Shown here piece after piece: positions 11,275 to 27,857 of a stretch of DNA of 64,000 nucleotides. This stretch comes from Chrysomallon squamiferum (lineage: Eukaryota > Animalia > Mollusca), in NCBI GenBank assembly GCA_012295275.1, contig CM022674.1:14508001-14572000 (forward strand). Reading direction: 5' to 3'. Each line of letters starts with the position of its first letter. Position 1 is the first letter of the stretch. Made by a program: the position numbers and the translations under genes. The notes below the pieces were generated by a model that was not told where the DNA came from, ran no database searches, and saw only the letters and a program-made list of their open reading frames with translations.

Positions 11275-13807
11275 CTATTTTTAATTTTTAATTTTGTTTT
11301 ATTTATTCTTATTAGTTTATTAACTCATTTGAACAGAGTTTTATTCCTTTCGTCTTTTTAGTTTATACACTTTATTATTTATTTTATTTATTCACTTCAT
11401 TATTTAGTTACTGTACGTCAAATTATGCATAGTCGGAGGAAAAAATTATGCGTTTGTATGAATATAATTAATTTTATTTCAGGTGAAACAAAATTATAAC
11501 TGAAAGATAAATAAATGCAAGGCTAATCTCAGAGGATATTGCAAAAATTAATTTAATGAACTTTGACATCATAATGACATAACTATGACATAACAAGCTT
11601 ATCGTTGTCTAAACACAGAACGTTACCCGCTCCCAGGAGTATCTGGGTAACAGGTTATTATTACTCTATTACAAATCAATTACAATAAAATTACGTCACA
11701 AAATAATTACGTCATAATACGAGAATATGAAATCAAAGGTTTTCAGATAAGTGAAACGAAATCGACAGTAACTTCTCTTTATGAAAAATTACATAACAGC
11801 CGAACCTAATTCACTGACATAATTAAGCAGAAGTTATGTTTAAATGTGTTTTATCTACAACGATTTCAAATTATAAAATCATTCGTTTGGTTTCTAGTGT
11901 GTCTGTCTGTATGTGTGTGTGTGTGTGTGTGTGTCTCTTAGTCCAATAATCACTCTTTATTAATTTATTTATTTATTATTCTTTCGTTTTTACTTTATTT
12001 TATTTAATTTAATACTTATTTCATATTTGCATTATTTTATAAGATTATTCTGAATTTTATTTACTTTATTTTGACAGTGAGTGAGTAACGAAATGAAAAC
12101 CTCGGTGTTTATATAAAATGTTTTAAAAAATGTTTGTTTGTTTTGGCCTCGCTGATCAAACTAATCCGTAGTCGACTGTCTGTGAGTCTGTCGCTGATTT
12201 AATCACGTGCTCACATAGCCGCAGGGTTAGTGTAGCTGCCAAATTGCAAAACAAACCACAGGCAGCCACATCAGTGAGAACAGCATCAATCACACAATGA
12301 CCACGTGACCAACGTCGTCGTTCCAGACTCACAAAGAACTCGTTTTAATGATGACAGTCATTTACAAAACATACAGACAGACATACATACACACACAGAC
12401 GTATTTACTCACAAATGTATACACATAAACACACATAAATGTGTATGCATGTACGTATGTGTGTATGTGTGTGTGCACATGTATGCATATCTGTTTGTGT
12501 GTGTGTATGTATGTCTGGACGTATGTGTTTCGCAAAAACAAAAACATAATTATGAATACATACATGCAAACATTCATTCATACACATTTAAACATGAGAG
12601 TCATTTGAATGAAATCTTTTACTGAAATTAAATGAGAGTCAAACAATACGTAATGTTTCACAATGAGTCGTTCCGCAGAGAGCGCGCGACACCTAACCAA
12701 TCAACCAATCAGAAAAAGGGAAATAATTTAATTCATTGGCGGTTGACGATGTGGTTTCCGGTCGAGATCCGATGTTAGGATGGACTCGAAAAAAGGCACA
12801 ATGAAGTAAACCTATACGAGGAAACAGGTGCTCGCGCTGGCCAAGTAATTGGAACAAATTAATTACGGACTTCTCCCTACTGACACAGAAAATAAAAATC
12901 TATTCACAGGAAGATCCCAATCAGTGTACAGCCCTGAACATGAATAATGAAAATGTCTAGTGCCTCACTTTCATTCTTTTTCTTCTTTTTGTTTTTTCCT
13001 TCTTCTTCTTCTTCTTAAAGTTATTTTGTTTTATAGTTTTATTTTTCTTTCTTTCACTTTTTAAAAATAAGTTTATAGTGAGGCTGATAGGTGAAAAGGT
13101 ATGTACGTCTGGCAGAAAATGTGAACTTTGGTATTTTTGTGCTAAATTCAAATTTAAATGGAAGCGAGTGTTACTATTTTAAAGACAAAATTACGGTCTG
13201 GACACGAAGTTTTGTCCTTACTAACATGTCAAATGAACGAAAAACTAATCTTTTTGAAGCACATCTTACTAAAAACTGACCTTGTACTGTAAAAGAGAAA
13301 GATAATATAAATTATGGAAAAGCATGCAGATGACGTAATATTTTGTATAGAGATTACGCAACACGTATATTTCCTTGGTGTTTGTGTCACTGTTACGTCC
13401 ACTGATTGTCCACTGATTACAACAGTTACATCTTACATGAGAAATCTTTTTGCTCACGTTTGAGGTATTTGTACAAATGATAAAACCTCATTAATAATTA
13501 TATATATTTACTGATAATACAGTGTGATAGAGAATTGTTTGTGGTGTTGTAAAAAAAAGAAAGCTGGTGCAGTTTACAGTAGAATGAAGTTCTCGTTATT
13601 TCTCGTTAGCATTTTTTGCTGTTACTTTACTTTTTTTTTTTCCTTCCATAACAACATATCTACAACGTCATCACCTTCATTAACAAGAACATGTACAGTC
13701 ACAACAATAATGAGATTGCAAAAAGTATGCTAATAATGGCATTAATAATAACGACGATGATGATGAAGATAAGAAAAAAGAAAAACAACAGTTACTACTA
13801 CTACTAT

Positions 13808-13839
<32 letters not shown>

Positions 13840-14474
13840 ACTGTTTCTGCTACTATTACTAAAACTACTATTAGCATAATCATTATTATAACAATTACCG
13901 TTAGTGCTTTAAGTAGATAAAGAAAGAAATAAAATAAAATAAAATAAGACGGATAAAAAAAGAAGCAATGGAAAGTTTTCGTTACTTTGTAAATCATTAT
14001 TTAAACTTCACGCTGCTAGCAGAGATAATTCAGTAAACTATTTAACATACACCGACGCAATTACAAACCTTAAAGTTAATAAAGAATCGTTTGTGCCGTA
14101 AACTGAAGTAGGATATAAATATCTTTATCTCTCTTTGTAGATAAGCAGTGAAGCGAAAACAGCCTAGGTTATTTTTACAGTAACGAAATATTTGTCAAGC
14201 CTTTTTGAACGTACAAGAGACTTCAAAATCAAATAAAACTAATAAAATTTACGTTCTACTAAGCAGTAACTAAATTCTTTTGTCAATCTCTATCGCTTTT
14301 TCAGGATTTGCTCGGTTGCTGAGTTGTTACAAATTTTTAATGACTTCTAAAACGTGTAGTGGAAAAGCGAAAAGGATTTAGAAACTTGATGAGTTGGGTG
14401 CAATGAAAACAACTGTTAATGTGGCAAGTCGCGTAAAATGTTTCTCGGCTTGGTCTAGTTTAATGTGATCATCC

Positions 14475-14986
<512 letters not shown>

Positions 14987-16019
14987 TTGTGTGTATTTTT
15001 AATAGAGAAATACAGACAACAGAGAGAGAGAGCGGCTTAGAGGCAGAAAATAACAGAGACAGAGACAGACAGACAGAAAGATACAGAGACAGAGACAGAC
15101 AGACAGAAAGAGAGAGATAGAGAAGGTAAGGAAGAGAGAGAGCTACATAATAAGATACAGAGACAATCAGACAGACAGACAGAAAGAGAGAGATACAGAA
15201 GGTAAGGAAGAGAGAGAGCTACATAATAAGAGAGAGAAACAATGACAGATACATAAACGCAGATTAAGCAACAGTAAACAATAATATGTTTGTATTTCTA
15301 AAAATAAACTTTCTTACACAAAATCAGTTGCCATTCACAACAGCGTAACAGTTTGCTTTGAAACACACAGTTCAGTGACAAATATCAGAACTGTAAGGAA
15401 AAAGTCCGGGTGTTTCTGAACGTAATGACGTAGTTTAATGTAATTAAACCTGACATGTTCAACACAAGTTTTTTACTTTAATAATTTTTAAAATCTCTTT
15501 CACATTGAAATGTGTCACATCTCTGACTTTAATTTAGATTAGTTTGCAATTTTTGTTTTTTTCACAAAGCAAAATTCTCCTTTGATATATTAATGTTTTG
15601 ACTTGTTTTCTTTTCTTCTTTTTTTTGTATCTGGAGGTATGTATTGTATGTGCGTAGATGAACGAGAGTGCGTGTTTTTACGAATTTATTTTCATGCGTG
15701 CCTGTGTGAGTAGGTATGAGTGTGTGAAAATGTGTGTTATGTGTATGTCGTTGTGTATATGTGTGACTGTGATTATGTGTGTCTGTGTGTGTGTTTGATT
15801 GTAAGTGTATAGTGTAATGTGTGCATATGTATATGTATATATGTGTGTGTATGTGTGTATACATAATAGACACATATAATACATATACATACACACACAT
15901 ATATACACACACACACATAGATACACACTCACACCCACACACACACACACACACATATATAAGAATCTTTCTATCATGTCTGACTCACTGTCTGTATGTC
16001 TGTCTTTCCTTCCACCTGT

Positions 16020-16230
16020 CATATTTATTTGATTTAGGTTTCTCCTTTCTTAATGAAAACTCTAATCTAAACAAACAGTGTGGAATAATAAATAATCTTT
16101 CTATCAGTCTGTCTGTCTGTCTGAATATCTGTATGTCTGTCTGTGCTTCTTTCTCTGATATTTATTTGATTTAGGATTCTGCTTTGTTAATGAGAACTCT
16201 AATCTGAACAAACAGTCTGGAATAATAAAT
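16020..16230. repeat. Diverged local direct duplication (~75-bp core, ~138-bp spacing)
   Basis: atatttatttgatttagg...ctctaatct.aacaaacagt.tggaataataaata occurs twice. Confidence 0.75.
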
Positions 16231-17659
16231 AGTTTTTTTTATCTGACGTTAATTTCCACCTGCTGACTTTATCATGCAAGCAAATCTTAATTGTTATAAA
16301 AACTTTACATTCCATAACGGCGGTTTCAGTTGCGTGCCTTAAAAACAAAACAAAAAACCGCAGTAACGAAGTGCCCGCATTGAGCAGGTTTGACAGGAGA
16401 CGATAACCCATTTAATGAACCTAACTTAATTACGAGCGATGATCACGGAGTCAATTAGCAGGACTTATTCTCTCATTATTTGCAGTCAAATGTTAACAAT
16501 GAATAATTGAGGAGACGGTGTTCAAGTCAAACACGGGCTCACGGAGTAAAGCAATATGTTTGATTTAGTCCTTATTAAGCGTATTGATTTCTTCATAAAC
16601 AAATTTACCAGAGGGGGAAACAAAACTAACGGTGCGCTGACGACAAAGGAGATTTGAGAATTTACCACGGAAGAGTCGAGCAGTCACTTAAATTAGAGAA
16701 TCTGCCTTTTTTCCTCCACGTCAAACTTTCCATTCAAGTAATTCAGCGTTTCAACGATCTCTGAATGATTTTATTATCATTTTCTTTTTCGCGAATTTTT
16801 GTTCTTTATTTGATTGACCTTATGTAAACACTTCGTATTTTAATTTATTTCAGTAACTTAAATTTTTGTGTAAATATTGCTTAATGTATTTTTATAACTT
16901 ACAGTTTGTGTAAACACTGCTTAGTTTAATTTATTTCTGGTTTAGAGTTTTTCGCCATATTTTACATTTACCTTCATTCCATCTGAATGATGATGATGAT
17001 GATAATGATAGTACAGTATTACTGTTAATACTACGATTAGGATAATATTATTAATAATAACAGTGATAGTCGTAGTAGTAATAGCAGAAGTAGTAGTGAT
17101 GTAGTAGTAGTAGTAGTAGCAACAATATTATTATTAGTGGGAGGAGAAGGGGAAGTAATAATTACAAAATATTAATGGCAAATTAACCATCATAAGAAAA
17201 TGAAACCCTCAGAATTTATAAAATAAAAATAATGGTTACATTAATTAAGAGATATCTGAACGTATGGAAATACTGTCAAAACAGATGAACTTGCGAGATC
17301 CCAAATTTATTGTTGATTAAAAATCGCATAAAAGCGGAACCTGTCAGGGAAAGCGTCACAAAGAAAACTGCCCTCACGTATTTTTTAAGTGTCTGTGATT
17401 GACAACTGCTCAAATGTTACAGATTAGTTTCACCTCATCTAGAAATGCTTTTAACCAAATTGATGAGCCGCTCGTTGTTAATATGAAGAACTGAGACCTA
17501 CACACCATTAGTATTCACGTGACGTGTCCATCTTGTCAGCTGTATTGATTAACAGAAACAATCTGAACACAAAGTAATATGTTTATAGAACTTAGAAAAA
17601 AAATAACAGAATGATTTGTAGAAATTAATAATATATTCACGTTTCTGTGTGTAACCCCA

Positions 17660-17752
<93 letters not shown>

Positions 17753-18199
17753 CATTAATTCTCATCATTTACATCTCTATGCGTCCTTACTTCCTTTTGT
17801 TTTCATCTTGTTGTAAAACAGTTCTCAAATATTGTTACAAGACCGAACTACAATAAAAGTGAAAATCCAGTCCAAGTTCTAACAGAAGCACGTCACTTGA
17901 ATTCTCTTAAAACATCTGCCATGAAGTTGTAACACAGACACAATTACAGTGAAATCCTTCTTGAGATTTCTCTTCAAAGTTAATATCTAGAAATTCAGAG
18001 ACGTGGAAAGGAGAAAACGACAGTTAAAACCCGCCTTCCGTTCTGCTTATAAAACTTTCACTGATGCGGCCTCATTGAGAGTGTGAAGAGGGTTGAAATA
18101 TAAAAAATATCAATTTTTTACAGATATTAATGGCACAAAGCAACAAAATGTATTAAAATACAGCATTTTATTTTTGGAATGATTGCTTTCATACCAGAT

Positions 18200-18677
18200 T
18201 AACTATTTTATAGACAGGACTGTTAATACACAGATAGACAGATACACAACGTGATATTTTATAGACAGGACTGTTAATACACAGATAGACAGATACACAA
18301 CGTGATATTTTTTATTTCACAGATAGACACATACACAACGTGATATTTTATAGACAGGACTGTTAATACACAGATAGACACATACACAACGTGATATTTT
18401 ATAGACAGGACTGTTAATACACAGATAGACACATACACAACGTGGTATTTTATAGACAGGACTGTTAATTTTATTTTATAGACAGGACTGTTAATACACA
18501 GATAGACACATACACAACGTGATATTTTATAGACAGGACTGTTAATACACAGATAGACACATACACAACGTGATATTTTATAGACAGGACTGTTAATACA
18601 CAGATAGACACATACACAACGTGATATTTTATAGACAGGACTGTTAATACACAGATAGACACATACACAACGTGACA
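18200..18677. repeat. 51-bp minisatellite (ttttatagacaggactgttaatacacagatagacacatacacaacgtgata) x~9
   Basis: Directly visible. Confidence 0.9.
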
Positions 18678-18724
18678 AAAATATAAATCAGAGACCTGGC
18701 AGGAACGGATGACGGGTAGAAGTG

Positions 18725-19045
18725 TTATTGTATTGTGTCGAATATCGCGTAATACGGGTGACATATCGCGTAATACGGGTGACGTATAGATGTATTATAT
18801 TGTGTAGAATATCACGTAATACGGGTGACGTATAGATGTATTGTATTGTGTAGAATATCACGTAATACGGGTAACGTATAGAGATATGTTGTATTATATG
18901 TAGAGATATGTTGTATTGTGTAGAATATCACGTAATACGGGTGACGTATAGATGTATTGTATTGTGTAGAATATCACGTAATACGGGTGACGTATAGATG
19001 TATTGTATTTTGTAGAATATCACGTAATACGGGTGACGGGCAGAT
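18725..19045. repeat. 46-bp minisatellite (tattgtattgtgtagaatatcacgtaatacgggtgacgtatagatg) x~6
   Basis: Directly visible. Confidence 0.85.
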
Positions 19046-20824
19046 ATATTACTAAGTCGTGTAGTGTATCAGTAACGTGGGTGATTACACGGTTGTGAAA
19101 TAATTAATCTTTAGACGCAGGGAATTAACAAGCCAGAGTCTCAGTATCATTTCTCGTTTTATTGCTGAGTTCTGATCTAATATTAATTTATTTACTCCGC
19201 TTCACCCGCACGCTGCAAACTCTCGCGCTGTTCCGAATAAACATATTTTATTAAAGCTAAAGCTGTACATTTCACGAAAAAGCGGGAAGAGAACGTGGCG
19301 CAGACGCAACTAATAAAAACTTGTGTGGTCTCCAGGGACAAAAATGGAAGCCGCAATATCGGCTCCAGACACAGTGATTTGAAATCTGCACACGAGAAAT
19401 GAACAGACTGCGTTTTTGTAACTAAATATTTTTATTTATATCAATCATGTCTGAAAATAATGGTCCCAGTCAGTGCGTAAACTTTTATAGCGCAAAATCA
19501 AAAAGAATAAATAATCGTTAATGTTCTTTGTTAGAGAAACGTATAATTAATGTGTTTACCACCACTACTACACTACTCTTTACTTCTACTGCTACTGCTG
19601 CTACTAGTACTACTACTACTAGTTTATTGCTACTACTACTACACTACTCCTATTAATACTGCTACTACTACTTTACCTCGACTACCACCACAACCACTGA
19701 TCCACAAATCTAACTGTTAGCTATGATTAATTAGACACAAATCGACAGGAAACAAAGGTCATTAATTAATTGCCTCGGTTTTAAGAGTTCTCGTGTTACA
19801 TTCATTATCCTAATACGTGACGTAAATGCAGAAAATTTTAATTAGTCATTAAAAAAAAAAAAAAATAAAATAAAATAAAATGTTTCTTAGTTCGACAAAT
19901 CAACACGAATGAAGACTGCAAGAAATATACTTTTTTTATTTTTTATTTTTTTAAAATTTGACTAGCCACAAAAATTAATACATGGCTGGTTGTTATTACT
20001 ATGAAGTGATTACTAGTATATTATTATTACTGTTGCTGTTATTGTTATTAATAATATTATTATTGTTACCATTTATTATTATCATCACCAACATCATTAT
20101 CAGTTTATTAATATTTATTTAGTTAGTTGGATGCTTGAGAGCTGATTAGTTAGTTTGTTAGTAGGTTAGCTGGTTAGTAATTTGGTTGGCTAGTTGGTTA
20201 GTTTGTTGGTTTGTTCCTTAGTTAATCTGCTGCTTGTTTTACATTGCTTTGACCTTTGTTTCCTTTATTATTATTATTATTATTATTATTTCGTTTATTT
20301 TTAAGCTACATTTTCTAATTAACAAAAAAGCAGATTCTCTTGTTTGAAAATTGAAACAGAGTCGTGGACGTTGAACTCGCTGAGTACACGTGTACGTAGT
20401 GTAAGACACATGTAGTTAGTGACAGACAGGTCTGTAAACAAGTAGCTCGCTGAGGACACATGTAGTTAATGACAGACAGGTCTGTAAACAAGTCTTTAGC
20501 CGTCTTAGTCCACGTTTCTGTCAGCTAATACAGTTTTCTTTATTAACTGAAAAACTGCACGTTGTCTTTTCCATCTCACCTGACCGGGCAATTATTAGAA
20601 CTAATTACAAATTGTCTTGTCTAATCAAAACCTCAGCCTGTCCTCTCGTTTCCTAGAAACATCTTCATCTGTTTCTCTGTTAGGGTTATTGCCCGCATTT
20701 TCAACATTATATACATATTAGTGACTTGTGCAACATCCAGAAGAAAACAAAGAGAAGAATTTACTGGAGTTCACAAAATTTTGTCTGTTAAAAAAACAAA
20801 AACAGTTTTAATCTCTGCCACTTC

Positions 20825-20960
20825 TAAGATACAATTATGTCCAGCATTAACCGTTAATACAGCAGTAAGATATAATTATGTCCAGCATTAACCGTTAATA
20901 TAGCAGTAAGATATAATTATGTCCAGCATTAACCGTTAATACAGCAGTAAGATACAATTC
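20825..20960. repeat. ~41-bp tandem repeat x3
   Basis: taagatacaattatgtccagcattaaccgttaatacagcag repeated. Confidence 0.8.
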
Positions 20961-21864
20961 TTATCTGTGTTTGTCGCTGAATGTTTTTCCTCATATAAAA
21001 ATCTTATTAAATAGTATTCATTTTAAGAAATATTTTAAATACATATACACTCAAACACACGGACACACACACCCATACATACAAACACACATATACAGAC
21101 ACAAACACACACATACAGATATACAGACAAACACACACACACATACATACACACCCACATACATACATACACAAACACACATACATACAAAAAAAAAACA
21201 CACATACATACATACACACAAACACACACATACAGACATACAGACAAACACACCCACATACATACATACACAAACACCTATACATACAAACAAAACACAC
21301 ATATACAGACATACAGACAAACACACACACATACATACATACACAAACACAAACATACAAAAACAAACAAACACACACATACAGACATACACAAACACAC
21401 ACATACACACACATACATACATACACAGAGACATTCAAATATTTCATGTGAGACACTAAATTTGAAAACTACGCCGTAACAAAATGTTGTCACTGAACTT
21501 TAAATATTGTGTTTTAATAACTGTTTTTAAAATGTCTAACCGAGGAAGTGTTTCGAAGATTTTGTCATTTTAATTTTTTCTAGTAAATGTTTGACATACG
21601 TGTGACATGACTGTCATGTTCTGAATTAGAAGACTGGTGTTTGAAAATACAGCTGTGTCATTATCACAGAGTGACAGTTCAAACATCTCTATTATCTCAC
21701 TGGTGTTTGAAAACACAGCTGTGTCATTATCACAGAGTGACAGTTCAAACATCCTATTATCTCACTGAGTATGGTTTAATAATTACAGCTTGAAGAATCA
21801 GATTCTGAGAAGTGTTTGTTATTTATGATCAACTCACTGTATTTCGATCTCTCTCTCTCTCTCT

Positions 21865-21974
<110 letters not shown>

Positions 21975-22314
21975 GATTATGAAACAACTCATTCCACAAT
22001 AGAAAGCTATATTGTAATAGATTTCATTGTAAAGCGTCACTAAAACCTGTATAAATACATTTGTCTTTTTTCAACCCTCTCAGCAACACGCATTAGTCTC
22101 TCTCGTCTTCTCTGTCTTTTCTCAAGAACCTAAACATATCTTATAAATTTTACATGATTTTACACGTGGTTCTTCCTGTAACAGATTTACAAATAGATTT
22201 ATATTGACGATTTATTCAGTCACGCAATCAAATATAGAAAAATAAATACAGCATCAGTAAAACCTTTGATTATCAAGAATTGTTCCTTAATTCGGAAAAT
22301 CTTAATAGAATATT

Positions 22315-22520
22315 CAAACAGAAATACGTAATAAATGTAAAAACAGAAATACGTAATAAATGTAAAAACAGAAATACGTAATAAATGTAAAAACAGAAAT
22401 ACGTAATAAATGTAAAAACAGAAATATGTAATAAATGTAAAAACAGAAATACATAATAAATGTAAAAACAGAAATACGTAATAAATGTAAAAACAGATAT
22501 ATAATGAATGCAAATGTAAA
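22315..22520. repeat. 25-bp minisatellite (gaaatacgtaataaatgtaaaaaca) x~8
   Basis: Directly visible. Confidence 0.9.
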
Positions 22521-22834
22521 AATTGAGACATATAATAAATATATACACATCTACAGACAAAATTTAAAAGTAAAAAGAGGCGCAGAGAAGTAAAAATTGA
22601 TGTTAAAAAGAAAGAGAAGATGTGTGATTAACAACCTGAGTTTTACACGTTTTTTTACCTGAGGCTGTCAAGAAACAGAAATACAAGAATCAAATAAGCG
22701 AGATCGACAAAAACAAAGAAATTTTGGACATCATTTACTAAACTTATTTATATACGTTAAATTTTAACTTACATGTAGTGTTTACATGTCCACACAGTCT
22801 CATACATTATCATCCTTTCATATTTATCATCTTC

Positions 22835-22871
<37 letters not shown>

Positions 22872-23159
22872 GATATATATTATTTGACTACTGTTATTAT
22901 TATTTTTACTATAGCTGATTCTACTACTACCACTGCTGCTAGTATTACTGTTGTTATTACTATTACTGTAGACCTCTAAGACTAGATGAGTACTCTGTTA
23001 TAACTCTGTTTTAAAACTCAATATTTCATCTGCTTGTTCGTCTGTTAAAACTTGGCTGGTTTCACAGTTTTAATTATCTCTATATCTGTCTGCTGTCTCG
23101 CAACTTCCTGTCTTTCTCCTTTTCTTGATCATATCTTTAAATCTATGTCTTATTTGGTG

Positions 23160-23281
<122 letters not shown>

Positions 23282-24049
23282 CCTGCCTTTCTCTCTCATG
23301 CACAAATACTTTCTCTCCTTCCTCTGTATTACTTTCTTTCATTCTCTGTCTCACACTGTCTCTCGCAACCTGACTGTCTATAAATTTTAAAGATTATTTT
23401 ACAACAATATTAAGTTTATTAAAAAGAAAAGTTTAAAAATATATCATATAATTTCTATTAAATAAAAGTTAAAACCTAAAACAAACAATATTTCAAACTG
23501 TTGCTGCATTCATTATTATTGTTCACAAAGAAATCACAATACTTTCTAATTTGTCAATGTCCTACATTCTTTCTTCTTCTCATTTTTCTTTAAGTCCTTT
23601 CATTTAGTTTTTTTAACTCTGAAAGACCGTATTCAGAGCTTTTGTTCTGTAATTTTCAATGGACTGAAAACAAGATTTGTCAGATTTTTTTACCAACAAA
23701 ACAAAGTAATTTCTTTTTATCCTAGCCTAGACATGAACTCGTTTTTTTTATCAATCTTGCGGAAATGATGAGAATACTGTTCCCATTTAAACAAATCCTC
23801 CAATTATTATCTGTTATTACCTCAGTTACTTTTTTTCCTAAACACTGATACACGCACTGTACCGGAGATTAAGTGTATTACACAATACTCCTGTAATTAT
23901 GAAATCAGTGTTATACAAGAATTGTGTTGATTATAAATAACTAAAACATATGTGTGCTCTAACTGTATTGTTTATAACTAAGACATACGCATTGTATATG
24001 GACTGTGTATATCTAAGGAATATGTATTTTACACTAGATTTGCATTGTT

Positions 24050-24850
24050 AAGAAATACGTATATAGCAAGAGTTGTATATAACTACGAAATAGGTACTAT
24101 ATAAAGTTATGTATAACTACGAAATAGGTACTATATAAAGTTATGTATAACTACGAAATAGGTACTATATAAAGTTATGTATAACTACGAAATAGGTACT
24201 ATATAAAGTTATGTATAACTAAGAAATAGGTACTATATAAAGTTATGTATAACTACGAAATAGGTACTATATAAAGTTATGTATAACTAAGAAATACGTA
24301 TTATATAAAGTTATGTATAACTAAGAAATACGTATTATATAAAGTTATATATAACTAAGAAATACGTATTATATAAGGTTATGTATAACTATGAAATACG
24401 TATTATATAAAGTTATGTATAACTAAGAAATACGTATTATATAAAGTTATATATAACTAAGAAATACGTATTGTACAAAAAGTGTATAACTAAGTGTATA
24501 CAAGAATTGTATAGAGCTAAGAAATACGTATTATACAAAGTTATATATAACTGAGAAATACGTATTATACAAAGTTATATATAACTGAGAAATACGTATT
24601 ATACAAAGTTATATATAACTGAGAAATACGTATTGTACAAAAAGTGTATAACTAAGTGTATACAAGAATTGTACAGAATTAAGAAATGTGTATTATAAAA
24701 AAATTGTATAGAACTAAAAAATACGTATTATACAAAATTGTATATTACTATCCCGTATTACACAACATTTCTATGTAACTAAGAGATACGTATCATGCAA
24801 GAATTGTATTTAACTATGAAATACATGTTATACAAGACTTGAATAGAACT
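24050..24850. repeat. 34-bp minisatellite (aactacgaaataggtactatataaagttatgtat) with degenerate flanks
   Basis: Homogeneous core at about 24080-24630, decaying at both ends. Confidence 0.85.
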
Positions 24851-25904
24851 CAGAAATATGTTATGTTTTATAAAATGGTTATGAAATACAGTCTAATACA
24901 TAACGGGATTCTTAAACAACGAAAGTACCGGTCCTGACTGAAGTTAAACAAAAAGAGGGGAACAAAGAAATAGAAAGATAAATTACAGACAGAAAAAATA
25001 AATAAAAATGTGGTTTGCTTTTGTAACTTTTAGGAATGAAATGAAGACTGGATCACTGGGTGAATGGACGGATCTGTGGGTGAATGAAAAGTTAGACTAA
25101 AGCGAATTAAATAAAACAATCACATTCATTTCCTTAATATAAATACATCTTCGAAAATTACTAAAAATATAAATAAAAAGTAAATGGACCGACAGACAGA
25201 CAGACAGCGGACGGATATACAGATAGACAGGCAGACAGACACAGAGATCATAAATAGATAAATAAACAGACAGACAAATATATAACTAGGTGGATAGATA
25301 GATAAATAGATAGACAGATAAACGGATGCACGGATAGACAGATAGAAAGACAGAGAGACAAAGATAGACCGATGTTAACACACAGTCACACAGACATGTG
25401 TACACATACTCAGAAACGTGTACACATACACACAGAACATGTACACATACACACAGAATCATGTACACACACACACAGACACGTGTACACATACACACAG
25501 ACACGTGTACGCACGCAGACAGACAGACACATAAACTGGGACTGAGACAACCCTGTCACAAACTGGTGAATCTAGAAACCATCAAGCGGTCGCGCTACAT
25601 AACTGTTGTCAGCTGAACAATTCATTTTTCACAAAACGAACTTTTAAACTCACGTAAACAACCAATCAATAAAGAGGTAATGATCGGACTTTCCGGCAGT
25701 CGCGGCCACGGCAGACGTGCTTGTGTGAGTTATGTAAAACACGTGTCACTGGCTGACTGAGCGAGAGAGAGGCAGGAAGCTCGCCTGACTGCAGCTCAAG
25801 CTGCCCAAGTTTTCTCATAAATCTTTAAAACGCGAAATAAAACTTTGAGGTTTCTTTCAGAAATAGCTCGCTGTTCTAACAATGACACCTGTAAGCAGAT
25901 CTTC

Positions 25905-26335
25905 TCTGTTTTAAATAAAAATAGATTTTATATGTACTTTAAATAGAAATAGATGTTTTGTTTGTTTCAAATAAAAATAGAAATTTTATGTGTTTTAATT
26001 AAAATGGATGGTTATTTTTTCTATTTTAAATAAAAACAAATGTTTTATATTTTATATAGAAATATGTTTCCCTTGTTTTAAGTAAAAAGAATGTTTTATG
26101 TATTTAAATAAAAATAGATGTTTTATGTGTTTTAAATAAAAATAGATGTTTATGTGTTTTAAATAAAAATAGATGTTTATGTGTTTTAAATAAAAATAGA
26201 TGTTTATGTGTTTTAAATAAAAATAGATGTTTATGTGTTTTAAATAAAAATAGATGTTTTATGTGTTTTAAATAAAAATAGATGTTTATGTGTCTTAAAT
26301 AAAAATAGATTGTTATGCGCTTTAAATAAAAACAC
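25905..26335. repeat. 27-bp minisatellite (ttttaaataaaaatagatgtttatgtg)
   Basis: Directly visible. Confidence 0.85.
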
Positions 26336-26716
26336 GTGTTTGTAAAAGTAATCACTGATTTGTGTTCTTTGCATGTAAGATGCTTTGTTGTTTTCTTGGA
26401 GCTTTGGTTTTAACGGGAAAACATAGCGAAGAACAGGAGTTAAAACTTAGTTACTGTAACATCTTTTCAGAAATGTACCTAAACAAACACATCACAGTAT
26501 GAACGTCACAGAATGTCACACATACAAGTTAATATAATTCAGTTTTTTCTAAGAATTAATACTTTTTTTCAAAATTTCAATTAAACAGTTTTATAGTATT
26601 ATATAAAGTGAAAACCTCCATCTCGATACAAACAAACTAAACTTAGTCATCAACTGTGCGTACATGATACATGTACAACAATAACAGTTTTGTATTTTAG
26701 AGAAACACTGCACTGT

Positions 26717-26830
<114 letters not shown>

Positions 26831-27072
26831 TCACATACATACATACACACAAACACACACGTACGCACAAACAGCTATATATATATATATATATATATTT
26901 CGTTCTGTCATACACGTACTTTCGCTACAGCTTTTTTTTCTTTTTGTTTTAACGCAAGTCTATGACAACACAACTTACGCACATGAGGTGTAATCACGCA
27001 CATAAATGTGGTGTAACACGTATAACTATTCTGTATGACGAGTTGAGACGACAAGAGTAAAAACGAACTTAC

Positions 27073-27330
27073 CTGTTGAAATCACCTCGATAGCTCCTCG
27101 ACAACTCTGCACTGTGGTGAGACAACTCAACTAAAAATCTGTCCAACTTAACCAATAAACAACAGTTTCTCTAATCTGCCAGCGCCAGCTCGCTCAGTCT
27201 TCTCTGTGTGACCAATCAGATTGCAGCTCTGGCTGGATCACACCTCCGTTCAGCGCGTTCTAGCACGAGCTGCTAAAACGTCATCACACTTCCGGTGGGG
27301 ATCGACTAATTCATTGTGATTGGGTGAAAT
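27073..27330 (-). promoter_or_regulatory. Candidate promoter and non-coding first exon, possibly of the neuropeptide gene
   Basis: Perfect minus-strand CAG|GTAAGT donor at 27073/27072. On the upstream side: CCAAT (27212), half-CRE ACGTCA (~27278), ETS ACTTCCGG (27288) and ATTGG (~27319), in complex GC-richer sequence. The link to the gene is inference only. Confidence 0.3.
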
Positions 27331-27823
27331 ATGTCTATAGAAATGGCAAATGGAGGCATGGCTAATTTTTATTTTTTTTATTTTTTTTATTTTATGTTTG
27401 TGGGGGTCATGCGCCGTTGGCGTTGTACACAGGACGTTTTACAACCGCGAATAAACGACATCAATTAAGGATTTTATTACGTACAGAATTATTAGTGTCA
27501 GCAACAAAACAAATAACGTTTTTAGTATCATTATTCTCTGTGCGTGCAAATTCTTCCGTTGTTTATTTTGTCCTCTGTCTCCCTTTCTCTAGCTCGCTCT
27601 GTCCCTCTGTCTGTCTGTTTTTAGAGAGACATACAGACACATACACTCAGCCATACTTTTAGAAAGAAATACAGACACATCATCATCATCAGTATAATGT
27701 CCAGCAGATACACAGAAATACAAATACATTAACACACATACATATATACACACAGATACACACAGCCAAACACATGAACATCAATACAGACACAAGGGCA
27801 CACACGTACAGACGTACACACAA

Positions 27824-27857
<34 letters not shown>

